From: a virus
Reading direction: 5' to 3' (one strand)
DNA length: 64,000 nucleotides
Virus record (IMG/VR): IMGVR_UViG_3300029133_000263
A program made the translations under genes and the position numbers. Below, one piece after another: positions 8,830 through 18,720 of this stretch. A model generated the notes under the pieces. The model was given only the letters and a program-made list of their open reading frames with translations, searched no databases and was not told where the DNA came from. Each line of letters opens with the position of its first letter. Position 1 is the stretch's first letter.

Positions 8830-11490
8830 ATGTTTCGATTCAAAAATGGCGGAGAAATCCCCCACGGTGTTGTGGAACAGAGTATCGGTACAATCCCGCT
8901 GACGAAAAAGGAACGCGATGAAATCGCCAAAGAAGAGCGGCGGCGGATGAATCAAAAGCTGGAAGCTCAGAATGAGCGCTATCAAATCATTCGAAGCACA
9001 CAGCGTATCATCCCTATTGAGGATATTTACGGCGGCATTGTTGTGACAAAGGACCACCGATATATCAAAATCATGGAATTTCGCCCTATCAACTTTGCCT
9101 ATATGGACGCGGAAACTCAAAACCGTATTATTTCGCTTTTCTATCAAACGTTCAAAGCAACTCCCTGCAATATCCAGTTCAAAACCTTTTCTCGTAAAGC
9201 TGATGTCGAGAATTCAATCGCGACCGTGACGGACTATTACAAAGCAGAAAAGAATCCGAGTCGTAAGCGAATGTTGCAGGCATACATCGGATTGCTTCGT
9301 AAGACGGCTTTGTCCGTTGGTATTACCCGTCGCTTCTTTGTGGTCGTAGAATTCCAGCGCACTATCAGCAACGATGGTTCTAAATTTGAAATGGTTGTGG
9401 CCGACTTGAATGCCGTTGCGGCAAACGTCCGCTCTCACATGGAACAGTGTGGTAATATCTTTATTCCTGCACTTGGTAACCCTGACGGAAACGAGGACGC
9501 AGGTCTACACCAGCTTTTTTACCAGCTCTTGAACCGTAGAAAAAGCGAGACCATCACGTTCAAGCAGCACATGGACCCCATTGTTGACCGTTATTTTGAA
9601 GCCGAAAAGAATGGCGTTAAGACGTCTTTGCAGGCAACGGAACTGATTGCTCCGGACTGGATTGACTTTACGCATCACGATTACATTGTCATTGATGGCA
9701 AGTTTTATACTTTCGCTTACATTCCCTCGAACGGGTTCAGCCAGCGTGTCTACGCGGGCTGGGTGGCTACGTTCGTAAATGCTGGTGAAGGCATTGACGT
9801 CGATATGTTCTTTGAGCACATGTCCCGTGAAGCTGTCTTCAATAAAATCAGTACACAGCTTCGTCTGAGCCGTGCAAACGCCATGGACAGTCACGATACT
9901 GACTCTGACTATCAGGCGCGTATGGAAAAAATTTCGTCCAGTGAATATATGCTGCGCGGCCTTTCCAGCGGCGAAGAGTTCTATTACCTGTCAATGCTCA
10001 TCACTATCGTGGCAGATACAAAGAAGGAACTCGATTATAAGTTCGATGCTTTGAAAAAGCGTATCGAAGGTCAGAGCATGAAGATTCGCCGTGCGGATTT
10101 CATGATGGAAGAATGCTTCGATTCCTGCCTGCTTCCTCTTGCGAAAATCAATAAGGAGCTGGCAAAGAAATCTCATCGTAATCTTTTGACTTCGGGTGTT
10201 GCATCCTGCTATCCGTTCATCTCGTTTGAAATGCAGGACCCGGGCGGCGTTATGGTCGGTACAAACCATGTCAACAACTCTCTGGTCACCATCGATATGT
10301 TTGATACCCGCGCTCATGCAAACGCAAACGCCGTTATCCTGGGCTCCTCCGGTTACGGCAAGACTTTCACCGCACAGCTGTTCGCACTACGCTTGTCTGA
10401 AATGGACACGCAGGTGTTTATCATCTCTCCTCTGAAAGGTTTGGAGGACTACGGCGGCGGTTGTAAGGCAGTCAATGGTCAGTTCGTCTCCATGGACCCC
10501 TCTTCGGACAACAACATCAACATCATGGACATTCGCGCTCCTGACGATGAGGACGCAAAACTGCTGGATGATTATGAGGCTTCCGGCTCCTTCTTGACCA
10601 AAAAGATTCATACGATTCTTTCGTTCCTGCACCTGGTTGTTCGCAATATGACGCAGGAAGAAGAGCAGCTGATTGACGGCTGCCTGTATGCGACATACGC
10701 AAAGTTCGGCATCACCCGTGATAACAACTCTATCTACGATAAAGATGGCAACTATAAGGTGATGCCGCTGCTGGAAGATTTGCAGGAAGAAATGAGAAAA
10801 AACCCTGAACTGCATACCGTCTGCAACATCTTGAATCCGCTAATTAACGGTTCTATGGCTTGCTTCAATCACCACACCAACGTGGACCTTGACTCCAAGT
10901 ACATCGTATTTGACTTCAATGGTATGAAAGGCTCTTTGCTTACCATGTCTATGTTCGTGGTTCTGGACTTTGTCTGGACGAAAATCAAAGAGGACCGTAC
11001 ACAGCGCAAAGCCGTATTTATTGACGAATGCTGGAAATTGATTGGCACTGACTCCAACGAGCAGGCAGCTGAAGACGTTGTTGAAATCTTCCGTACGATT
11101 CGTGCTTATGGCGGTTCCGCTTTTGCTATGACTCAGGATATTTCTCAGTTCTACGAATACAAGGGCGGCAAATACGGCAAGGCAATTATTGGTAACGCCG
11201 ATACCAAAATCATCATGCACCTGATTCCGTCCGAAGCAAAAGCCCTTCAGGAAGCCATTCAGCTGACCAGCGTTGAGATGGAAGCGGTATCCAGCCTGCC
11301 GCGTGGTCAAGGTCTGGTTTGCTCTGCATCCGCAAAACTGTTCGTCGATTTTGTAGCCGATGACTATGAAGCCAAGGAAATCACAACCGATGCTAAGTCC
11401 TTCTACGAACGCCGCAAGGCTCTGGAAAAGAAAAAGCGGGAAGAAGAAGAGAAGGCGGCGGAAAATACCGTCATTGATGTTGAAATGTGA
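8830..11490 (+). CDS. VirB4/TrbE/CagE-family conjugal transfer ATPase
   Basis: GAGGAG RBS; Walker A AVILGSSGYGKTF; ~887 aa; Walker B-like VFIDECW; context. Confidence 0.85.
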   Translation: MFRFKNGGEIPHGVVEQSIGTIPLTKKERDEIAKEERRRMNQKLEAQNERYQIIRSTQRIIPIEDIYGGIVVTKDHRYIKIMEFRPINFAYMDAETQNRIISLFYQTFKATPCNIQFKTFSRKADVENSIATVTDYYKAEKNPSRKRMLQAYIGLLRKTALSVGITRRFFVVVEFQRTISNDGSKFEMVVADLNAVAANVRSHMEQCGNIFIPALGNPDGNEDAGLHQLFYQLLNRRKSETITFKQHMDPIVDRYFEAEKNGVKTSLQATELIAPDWIDFTHHDYIVIDGKFYTFAYIPSNGFSQRVYAGWVATFVNAGEGIDVDMFFEHMSREAVFNKISTQLRLSRANAMDSHDTDSDYQARMEKISSSEYMLRGLSSGEEFYYLSMLITIVADTKKELDYKFDALKKRIEGQSMKIRRADFMMEECFDSCLLPLAKINKELAKKSHRNLLTSGVASCYPFISFEMQDPGGVMVGTNHVNNSLVTIDMFDTRAHANANAVILGSSGYGKTFTAQLFALRLSEMDTQVFIISPLKGLEDYGGGCKAVNGQFVSMDPSSDNNINIMDIRAPDDEDAKLLDDYEASGSFLTKKIHTILSFLHLVVRNMTQEEEQLIDGCLYATYAKFGITRDNNSIYDKDGNYKVMPLLEDLQEEMRKNPELHTVCNILNPLINGSMACFNHHTNVDLDSKYIVFDFNGMKGSLLTMSMFVVLDFVWTKIKEDRTQRKAVFIDECWKLIGTDSNEQAAEDVVEIFRTIRAYGGSAFAMTQDISQFYEYKGGKYGKAIIGNADTKIIMHLIPSEAKALQEAIQLTSVEMEAVSSLPRGQGLVCSASAKLFVDFVADDYEAKEITTDAKSFYERRKALEKKKREEEEKAAENTVIDVEM

Positions 11491-11744
11491 TATTTGAAAC
11501 GTCAAAATAAGGCAAAGGAGCGCTGATTATTATAAAGAATGATACATTTTGAGTAAAGCTGTGAATGTACACGTTAAAATGTGTTCATTTTGCACTTTCA
11601 AAATGTGTCATTCTTTTTCTTTTATCCATAAAAAGGCACAATTCAATTTCACGTAAGCACAACGCTAATGCGTTTAATTTATGGTTCACAAACGGCAAAA
11701 GAACACATTGGTTCATTTTGCTAGAAATGAAAGGAGACATTTGT

Positions 11745-12335
11745 ATGTCTGAGATTCACAATTCCGATATCCGCGAACTGCTGGATGCTATCCCCGTTAT
11801 TCCCAATGAACTGATGGCCGAGTATCTCACTCGTCAATATCAGGTCAGCAAAAACATGGCACAGGAAATCATTTACAACGCCTGCCGTAAAGGCTCCAAC
11901 CGCCGTCCGGCTTGCTATCCTACCAAAGAAGGGTTGGCGAAAGCCGATTACATCACGATGACGAGCAGTATCCGCAAGCGCTGCCGTGCTTTCCGCGTTG
12001 CATGTGAATTTTTGCCGGAGAGTCGTAATTTTACGATTCCCAGCGGTACCCCCTGGCTTTTGAGCTTCTGCTTTGATGGCAGCGTCTATTATGTCTGCGA
12101 ATTTGAACGTGGTAACGAGCTTATTTTGGGAGACACGATTCGGAGCCTTGGCATTCGTGAGGATATGATGCCGGTCACTTCCCGTATCGCAATCCTGGCC
12201 CCCGGCGCAAATCGAAAGCTTCTGAGTGAATGCGGGATTCGTTATTTCTGCATGGTCAGCGACAACTATGACCTGAATGTGACGGAACAAATTGACGACG
12301 AGGATGTTTGGAATGGCGTTCCCATCATTAAATGA
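11745..12335 (+). CDS. hypothetical protein
   Basis: ATG with AAAGGAGA RBS; upstream tandem AAAATGTGTYCATT repeats. Confidence 0.5.
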   Translation: MSEIHNSDIRELLDAIPVIPNELMAEYLTRQYQVSKNMAQEIIYNACRKGSNRRPACYPTKEGLAKADYITMTSSIRKRCRAFRVACEFLPESRNFTIPSGTPWLLSFCFDGSVYYVCEFERGNELILGDTIRSLGIREDMMPVTSRIAILAPGANRKLLSECGIRYFCMVSDNYDLNVTEQIDDEDVWNGVPIIK

Positions 12336-13080
12336 TTATAAACGTCGCATCGACAAAAACGATGTCAAACGTAACGCCGGTGATGATGCCCCTGAAGCCG
12401 AATATCAAGCCCCGGTTTTATACAATGCATCGACAAAGTTCGTAAAAAGCAAGCTCCAAAAGGCAGTGGATGCTTTGAAATCGGTTCCGGATGATGTTCC
12501 CTTGAAAAAGCTGCCGGATTCCATTCGTAATGATGTCTCGATTGAGATTCTTAAAGCCGAGCGGTCAATCCTTGTCTCATTTGAGAGTGATGAAGCCCCT
12601 GCACCGTATCAGCGAAAAAACATTGCAACGTCAATTCCAAACGATTTCTGTATGGTTTCTATCCCTCAAAACGGCTTTCTCAAGCTCCGGTTTTCTTCCT
12701 TTTTGCCGCCTTTTCAGCATGAGTGGTACAGCCGCAAGGCAAAGGCGAAAGACGCTGGTGGGCAGTATTATCTTGATGCCGAATTCGATTACATCACGGA
12801 GGCTGCTATCAAGGCATTTATCGCTCAAAATGGGCCAATCAACCTGCCTTCCGAACAACTTTTTCTCGTGTTTTGTCGCGGCGTTTCACCCACGAAAAAG
12901 ACCCCGATTGACAGCAACAATGTCTATACGGGAGCCATCACAAATGCCATTTGCAGGGTGCTCCAACACGGTGATGGATGGGATATGATGAGCTTCCTTT
13001 ACACTGCAATTCCGACCGAATATGACCCGTATTTGGAAGTGATTCTTTGCTCAAAAGCCGACCTCTTCCATTGGCTTTAA
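12313..13080 (+). CDS. hypothetical protein
   Basis: ORF 12292-13080; internal ATG 12313 has the best SD spacing. Confidence 0.45.
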   Translation: MAFPSLNDYKRRIDKNDVKRNAGDDAPEAEYQAPVLYNASTKFVKSKLQKAVDALKSVPDDVPLKKLPDSIRNDVSIEILKAERSILVSFESDEAPAPYQRKNIATSIPNDFCMVSIPQNGFLKLRFSSFLPPFQHEWYSRKAKAKDAGGQYYLDAEFDYITEAAIKAFIAQNGPINLPSEQLFLVFCRGVSPTKKTPIDSNNVYTGAITNAICRVLQHGDGWDMMSFLYTAIPTEYDPYLEVILCSKADLFHWL

Positions 13081-13110
13081 CGTAGTCCGGTAGTAACATT
13101 TTAAGGGATA

Positions 13111-13173
13111 TAAAAGAGTAACATTTTTAGGTGTCATATTTTCGTTCCCTAGAAATGTTACTCTTTCTTTTTG
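13111..13173 (+). terminator. terminator-like long inverted repeat
   Basis: AAAAGAGTAACATTT ... AAATGTTACTCTTT followed by CTTTTTG. Confidence 0.45.
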
Positions 13174-13252
13174 ATTTTACGCGGTACGATATGAATTTCA
13201 GCCCTGCGATTCGTATGAGGTACGAAATCGAACGGACAACTTTGGTGGTACT

Positions 13253-14530
13253 ATGACGAACGAACAAAAGCTTCTCGTATATCTCTATGGCGTTGATTCT
13301 ATCCAGCACAAGCAGCTTGCCATTGCTCTCTCTGACATCCCATATCAATGCGTTACCAAAGCTCTGAGAGCGGCCAAAAAGCATGGGTATGTTGAGGTCT
13401 TTATGAGAGATGAATCGCGGTATGTGCGTATCTCTCCGGACGGTCTGAAATACATTCGAAGCACTCAAAAAGACGCTCTGGATGTAGACAAGCGGGCGGC
13501 TATGAAGCGGCGAATCAAAGGCGAACAAGGACGGCTCACCAGGGTGGAAACGACACTCTGCATGTGCCGAGCAGCGGGAATTCAGCCTGCCAAGGAGGCT
13601 GGTATCAAGTTAATCGATGTGCTTGACCCCGAACAGGATGCGACCCAAACTTTCATGAATGACTTCTTCTATGACAAAGGACTTCTTTTCCTGTCCGATG
13701 AAATCTCTGCAACTATCAAGACGAGCACCACAATGGGCGAGGAGTACACGCTCGGTCAAAGCCGTCTGGTAGGTATCGTAATCAACCGCACAGGTATTTC
13801 TTTTCTCTACTGTACGCTCGATAAGCTGATGCGATGGGTTGTGTCTTACGAACAGCGGCGTGTAAGTGCAGTGATGGAACTCTTGAAATCCAGCTCACTT
13901 GCGGCAACGGACGAGGACTTCGCAACAATCTGCAATATGTCTCCTAAGTGCATCGTTATCGGCAAGACCTGCGCTATAGTTCCAAAAATCATTACTGGCG
14001 ATAAGTATGGCAAAGCAATCGACAGCACTGATATTATCAAAACCCATAACGCAACAAGGCTCTTGACGCTCACGAATCTCGAACAAGTCTACAAGTACAG
14101 CTATTTCGTTCCAACAAGTTCTATCGGCGTGGAACTTCTTGCTCGAACAGCAGCTTTAACACGAAACGAACTCAATGAAATGATTTCCGTGTGGCTGGAT
14201 GAGATGGTTGAAAGCCATACAACCGTTACTACTGGGCGATATGTTGAAGCATACATCAATGAACAGAAATGCAAAACCATAACGCTGCCGGTCATTGAGT
14301 TTGAAGAACTCGAATATCAAAAAAACGGACGAGTGCCTTATCATGTCGTTTGTGAGCGAGGAACGCAAGACGGTATCAGCCGGGCACTAGGAAGCAAAGT
14401 TCTCGATTTCAAGGATTTTGACAACATCCCAATGCCAGCACATAAATACGACGACGACGGAATTCGCCGCGATGGGATTAACCCATTGACGCATAATGGA
14501 TACAATGAAGAGGAGATGGATGACCAATGA
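13253..14530 (+). CDS. hypothetical protein with N-terminal winged-helix-like domain (possible replication/DNA-binding protein)
   Basis: N-terminal ~70 aa resemble a wHTH (LAIALSDIPYQCVTKALRAAKKHGYV); translationally coupled to the next ORF (ATGA). Confidence 0.5.
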   Translation: MTNEQKLLVYLYGVDSIQHKQLAIALSDIPYQCVTKALRAAKKHGYVEVFMRDESRYVRISPDGLKYIRSTQKDALDVDKRAAMKRRIKGEQGRLTRVETTLCMCRAAGIQPAKEAGIKLIDVLDPEQDATQTFMNDFFYDKGLLFLSDEISATIKTSTTMGEEYTLGQSRLVGIVINRTGISFLYCTLDKLMRWVVSYEQRRVSAVMELLKSSSLAATDEDFATICNMSPKCIVIGKTCAIVPKIITGDKYGKAIDSTDIIKTHNATRLLTLTNLEQVYKYSYFVPTSSIGVELLARTAALTRNELNEMISVWLDEMVESHTTVTTGRYVEAYINEQKCKTITLPVIEFEELEYQKNGRVPYHVVCERGTQDGISRALGSKVLDFKDFDNIPMPAHKYDDDGIRRDGINPLTHNGYNEEEMDDQ

Positions 14531-14829
14531 TAGCGATTCGAGTATGTCCAACCTGCAAGCGCAAGTTTGAAGCTCGTGTGGGAGAACCCCAAACTTATTG
14601 TGAAGAGTGTCTTGAACTCAAAACCATGAGTGAATCGTCCGTGTGCTCTTGGTTCTTTGATGACGATGACTTCGATGACGATTTCGATATCTCGGAAGCT
14701 GGAAAAGAAGAAAAGGCGGAGACACAAGAGGGAAAGCAGAGTAGACAAGTATTTGACTTGATTCCGCCGCACAAGGAAAAGACAAGACGCATGGACAACG
14801 CTTTCTTCCAGGAAGCATTGAAAGGCTGA
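14527..14829 (+). CDS. small zinc-ribbon protein with acidic tail
   Basis: CPTC...CEEC motif; DDDDFDDDFD tract. Confidence 0.45.
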   Translation: MIAIRVCPTCKRKFEARVGEPQTYCEECLELKTMSESSVCSWFFDDDDFDDDFDISEAGKEEKAETQEGKQSRQVFDLIPPHKEKTRRMDNAFFQEALKG

Positions 14830-14927
14830 CAGAAGGGTTGATGGAGCTACTTCCACCTCTCGTCTGGCAGGCTGGCAACACTTTAACCGCTAATCGTGAA
14901 CTTTCATTTAACAAACCGGCTTCCAAA

Positions 14928-14956
14928 TTGAGAAAAAGTGCAATTTATGGTATAAT
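14928..14956 (+). promoter_or_regulatory. promoter, degenerate member of the repeated promoter family (TTGAGA-N17-TGgTATAAT, spacer AAGTGCAAT, then AAATATAGGA)
   Basis: read directly; drives 15061 gene. Confidence 0.5.
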
Positions 14957-15060
14957 GCAAATATAGGAAAGAAAAATTGTACATACCTCTGACCACAAAT
15001 CATTCAGATGCAATCTAATCAAAGTTTGAGGTTATCTAAATCAAATCGGAAGCATGTCCT

Positions 15061-15729
15061 ATGAAAAGAAAGTTTTTAATTCCATACGCTGCAGCAACAC
15101 TGGCAATGGCAGCCGCAATCTGCACTGCCGGAATACCTTCCGTTGCTTTAGCAAGGACCTATGAGGGCTATAATGGAATGAAGCGTAGCTCGACGGCGGA
15201 AGAGACATTCCAGGAAATCAAAGTTCCTGCCTTTGCCTCCATCAAAGAAGTGACGGCGGAGGAAGCACGAAGCGTAGCTGATGGCATTATCGTTTTTGCA
15301 TTTCCTACCTGCCCTTATTGCCGGAACCTGATGCCGGAACTTATTGAAACCGCAAAAGAGGAGGGAAAGACCCTCTACTATTGCCAGATTGATAACTACC
15401 GCGACAAGTATGAATTTGATGAGACTCTGAATGGCCCGGTCATGACCGTGGCTCCCGGAAAAGGGTATTATGAGCTTCTTGACTGGCTGAGCGATTATCT
15501 CATCGACTATACTGTGAAAGACGAGAACGGCGAAAGCATCAGTATCGGTGAAAAGAGAATCGGAGCGCCCACCATAATTACAGTCCAGAACGGGGTTCCT
15601 GTATCCTCCTGGAAGCTGAGCATGGTAGAGAATGCCGAGTTCCCTGACAATGCGTATACTCGTTGGAGCCAGGAAACGCAGGAAATCGTATCGGAGTCAC
15701 TGCATCAATATTTTGCTGAGGAGGCATAA
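15061..15729 (+). CDS. secreted thioredoxin-fold thiol-disulfide oxidoreductase
   Basis: signal peptide; CPYC active-site motif in the context FAFPTCPYCRNLMPEL. Confidence 0.7.
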   Translation: MKRKFLIPYAAATLAMAAAICTAGIPSVALARTYEGYNGMKRSSTAEETFQEIKVPAFASIKEVTAEEARSVADGIIVFAFPTCPYCRNLMPELIETAKEEGKTLYYCQIDNYRDKYEFDETLNGPVMTVAPGKGYYELLDWLSDYLIDYTVKDENGESISIGEKRIGAPTIITVQNGVPVSSWKLSMVENAEFPDNAYTRWSQETQEIVSESLHQYFAEEA

Positions 15730-15732
15730 ATC

Positions 15733-15957
15733 ATGTCGAATATCACTGTTGGTCGAATCTTGCTTCTGGACCTTGTGTTCCTTGTTAATTCTGCTTTAAC
15801 TCTTGTTGTTTTCAAGTTCGTTGGTCTTTTGGATGTTATGACTACACCGGCCTTGTTCTTTCATTTTGTTGGTTCTTATATTATCCTGGCATATTTCATG
15901 TTTTGGATTTATCCGCAGATTCTGGAAGACCGGGAAAACAACGACGACGATAAATAA
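15733..15957 (+). CDS. small membrane protein
   Basis: two hydrophobic helices; tight spacing after the thioredoxin gene. Confidence 0.4.
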   Translation: MSNITVGRILLLDLVFLVNSALTLVVFKFVGLLDVMTTPALFFHFVGSYIILAYFMFWIYPQILEDRENNDDDK

Positions 15958-15965
15958 CCTGGTCG

Positions 15966-16172
15966 GAACCGTAGGTGCTTGAAACCGTAGGTACTTGCCT
16001 AAAGTTGAGCGAAATGTACTTGCGGGAAGCGTAGCCGCAATAGACTACTCCGAAAGTACCGTAGGCCCGCATACCGTAGGTCATACAATGAAGCGTAGCT
16101 GTTTGTAAAGAAATGAAAGACGGATGACGGAAGCGTAGCCGCTGCCCGGTAACAGGCTGCCGGTTGCGTAGC
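15966..16172 (+). repeat. 8 direct copies of GAA(A/C)CGTAGG / GAAGCGTAGC in a non-coding stretch ending in a T-run
   Basis: copies at 15966, 15981, 16026, 16058, 16071, 16090, 16130, 16165. Confidence 0.6.
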
Positions 16173-16209
16173 TGCCATTCGTCTTTTTTGGTTTAGAGGA
16201 GAGACGAGA

Positions 16210-16443
16210 ATGGTATATGAGATAATTAGTCCACGCCCACATGGTTCAGAAACATTCGTGGGATTGCATACAGAATACCCGGAATGCATCGACCCGTTGA
16301 GTGTGCAGGAAGCGATGCTCAGCGGCGGCAATAAAATCATATTCAAAGGCACCGAAAAGGAATATGAGGCAGTTAAGAAAAAACTGGCAGCCAAAGTCAA
16401 GGTGACCATCATCAAAGAACAGAAAGCGAAGAAAGAAAAATAA
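16210..16443 (+). CDS. hypothetical small Lys-rich protein
   Basis: ORF with GAGGAGAGACGAGA RBS. Confidence 0.45.
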   Translation: MVYEIISPRPHGSETFVGLHTEYPECIDPLSVQEAMLSGGNKIIFKGTEKEYEAVKKKLAAKVKVTIIKEQKAKKEK

Positions 16444-16444
16444 T

Positions 16445-17194
16445 ATGGTAAAGACTGATTTCAAGAACACTTATGAAGCATTTATGCATTGCGATAAAAA
16501 CAAGCTGGCGAAAGAATTTGCTGCCATGTATTCCGATAACGAGGAACAGGCGGCAGCAGTTAAGGAAGTCGATAGAGCATTTGCCAGAATGGAGACCGTC
16601 ACGCCAAAAGCAGTAAACCCGGATGAGCAAAGTATCATTGTGGTTTGCAAGGGATTTGGCGATGAAGGCGATGACACTGTCTGTATCGAAGTGAGAGACC
16701 TCCGTAACTGGAAAGAAAAGCACACGAAAAAGTCTGAGCCTATTAGTGACGAGATACTGACCTTTATGAGCACGGACGAAATCGAAAACGCGGTGATGAA
16801 TCAGGACCTTCCCACGAAATATGCTTTTGAACTCAGCGCTTGGGACGAAATTCTTAGCTGGAAACTTGCACCATCTAGTATCTACATCTACGGCCTTGAG
16901 TTTTGCCTGTCCCGTGTGTTGTGGGAAATGACATTCTTCGGAGTGGATGAATCCGGTGTGGAGTTGGAAAAGGAAAAGCTCGATACGAGATTTGAGGAAG
17001 CGCAGAGGGCTTTTGATGAAAACAAGGAACCTCGAATCGGATTCTCGATTGAAGACATTGCCAAGAAACTTCTCGGTGATGACTATACCGATGACTGGTA
17101 TCCCGAAGAGGAGCAGGAGCGCGACCGCCGGAATATGGTTATTTCCTCCTATAAGGACAACAATGAAATGGAACGGCTGCTCATGATGCTTTAA
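16445..17194 (+). CDS. hypothetical protein
   Basis: ORF adjacent in operon. Confidence 0.45.
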   Translation: MVKTDFKNTYEAFMHCDKNKLAKEFAAMYSDNEEQAAAVKEVDRAFARMETVTPKAVNPDEQSIIVVCKGFGDEGDDTVCIEVRDLRNWKEKHTKKSEPISDEILTFMSTDEIENAVMNQDLPTKYAFELSAWDEILSWKLAPSSIYIYGLEFCLSRVLWEMTFFGVDESGVELEKEKLDTRFEEAQRAFDENKEPRIGFSIEDIAKKLLGDDYTDDWYPEEEQERDRRNMVISSYKDNNEMERLLMML

Positions 17195-17219
17195 GAGAAA
17201 ACGAGAAGGGGAGATGAGG

Positions 17220-18059
17220 ATGAGCGAAATCTTCGTGGCGGGAGATATCCATGGAAACTATCAAGGATTGATGGAATCTCTCAATGCAGCAGGCTGGCAG
17301 GAAGGCGATACCATCATCTGCGTGGGAGATGTCACCGACCGTGGAAAAGATAATGCCAGAACGGTGTCTTTTCTGCAAGAGCATGAATGTGATGTGAGAT
17401 TGGTTCAGGGCAACCATGAGCTTCAACACAGGAAGATGCTTCAGTACTATCATGTGTTAATCAAAGTCCCCCAAATTCGGTTGTTTGCGGCAGGAATATT
17501 CAGAACATACAAGGAAGGATATACTTATCCCAAAACAAAAGAAGAACTCAAAGAGTATGAGTGCAGTGCCGATAAACGAATCGAAATCATTCAGGGAAAG
17601 CCTAAGACCTTCCATGCTTTTGTTCGAGCCTTTATCGCTTATACATTAGCATGGGAAGACGATAGCCTTTGGAAGATTATTCTGTACTTGCTGGAAGTGA
17701 TGTGCGGTAATCCCTATAATGCTGAAAGAACCATCTATGAATATCTCTCTTGTACAAGAAAACAAAGAGCATTATTTGAATGGCTTTGGAATCAGACGGT
17801 TACGGAGGTTAATATAGATTATACAGAGCCATATAGATATCAGCATATAGTGATTACGCATAACAATCCTTTTGGAAGATATTACAGTTACGACCTGGAT
17901 GAGTTACGACCTGGACACGATAAGACGCTCTATGTGTTTGGGCACATCCCGCATTCCGAAATCGTCAGGTTTGACAGGGCTTGTTCCGGATGCACTTATC
18001 TGGACATTGACACATCCCTGAATTCGGTCGGCGTCATTAAGCTGAGTGATTATCTCTAA
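17220..18059 (+). CDS. calcineurin-like metallophosphoesterase (PPP-family Ser/Thr phosphatase-like)
   Basis: GDIHG, GDVTDRG, GNHE signature motifs. Confidence 0.8.
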   Translation: MSEIFVAGDIHGNYQGLMESLNAAGWQEGDTIICVGDVTDRGKDNARTVSFLQEHECDVRLVQGNHELQHRKMLQYYHVLIKVPQIRLFAAGIFRTYKEGYTYPKTKEELKEYECSADKRIEIIQGKPKTFHAFVRAFIAYTLAWEDDSLWKIILYLLEVMCGNPYNAERTIYEYLSCTRKQRALFEWLWNQTVTEVNIDYTEPYRYQHIVITHNNPFGRYYSYDLDELRPGHDKTLYVFGHIPHSEIVRFDRACSGCTYLDIDTSLNSVGVIKLSDYL

Positions 18060-18139
18060 GAAAGCATAAGCGCCATAGGGGCGCAGAGCCTCTGTGGTGC
18101 TTTTTCTTTTTGCATGGGTAAAGTTTCCTTGCTCACACG

Positions 18140-18200
18140 GAAACAATGCACAGGCAAAAAAAGAAAGGAGCCACCCGAAGGTGACTCCAATAGTTTAGGT
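18140..18200 (-). terminator. intrinsic terminator for the minus-strand small gene
   Basis: GGAGTCACC..GGTGGCTCC stem followed by a T-run on the minus strand. Confidence 0.55.
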
Positions 18201-18223
18201 TCCTGTTTTAGCCGTGAAAAGCA

Positions 18224-18445
18224 TCAGGCGGCAGACGGGGTATCCGTTGCTGCGTCAAAGAGCAGTGTGCCTTCGCCGTTATAGCTTGCGTCGTTCAGGG
18301 CGGCGTAGATGTAGTCAATGAAATAGCCATCATCACCATTGTAGGTGGACTTCATGGAGACAAGATTGCCGTTGTCATCATAGGTGTTCTCGAAGGTCTG
18401 TTCGAAGTTGCCCATCGTAGCATCTTTGCCCTGCTGTTTGGTCAT
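18224..18445 (-). CDS. small Asp/Gly/Tyr-rich protein (73 aa), isolated on the minus strand
   Basis: ORF ends just upstream of its own terminator; no signal peptide. Confidence 0.35.
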   Translation of the reverse strand: MTKQQGKDATMGNFEQTFENTYDDNGNLVSMKSTYNGDDGYFIDYIYAALNDASYNGEGTLLFDAATDTPSAA

Positions 18446-18511
18446 ATTACCATCGACATTGTGCGCATCCGTGCTATGACGAACTGCTGCCGCAAGTTCA
18501 AGACGATGTAA

Positions 18512-18552
18512 CTACAAGCCGTCTGCTTTCGGATGGACGGCTTTTTTCTTTT
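18512..18552 (+). terminator. intrinsic terminator
   Basis: AAGCCGTC..GACGGCTT stem followed by TTTTTCTTTT. Confidence 0.55.
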
Positions 18553-18562
18553 GAAAAAATGT

Positions 18563-18590
18563 TTGACGAAACTTGCGAACGGCATACAAT
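18563..18590 (+). promoter_or_regulatory. family promoter (TTGACG-N16-TACAAT, spacer ACTTGCGAAC)
   Basis: read directly. Confidence 0.55.
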
Positions 18591-18681
18591 AAGTGTTGTA
18601 CGACAGATAATAAACCGGCATCAACCATTCATAATCTGACAAATTCAGACAGGCACCAATCGGGTGACCTGTCTTTTTTTG
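18591..18681 (+). ncRNA. short promoter-proximal transcript / leader ending in an intrinsic terminator (starts TGTACGACAGATAA)
   Basis: GACAGGCACC..GGTGACCTGTC hairpin plus T8 at 18648-18681; homologous to the 58269-58382 leader. Confidence 0.4.
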
Positions 18682-18720
18682 TTGCAAGACCGCGTAATGC
18701 GGAGAAAGTCGAGGAAAGCT

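Noticed and set aside
15966-16172. CRISPR array
   Set aside because: The repeats are only ~10 bp, irregularly spaced, with no unique spacers of uniform length. The 11-bp iterons at 24870 are contiguous without spacers.
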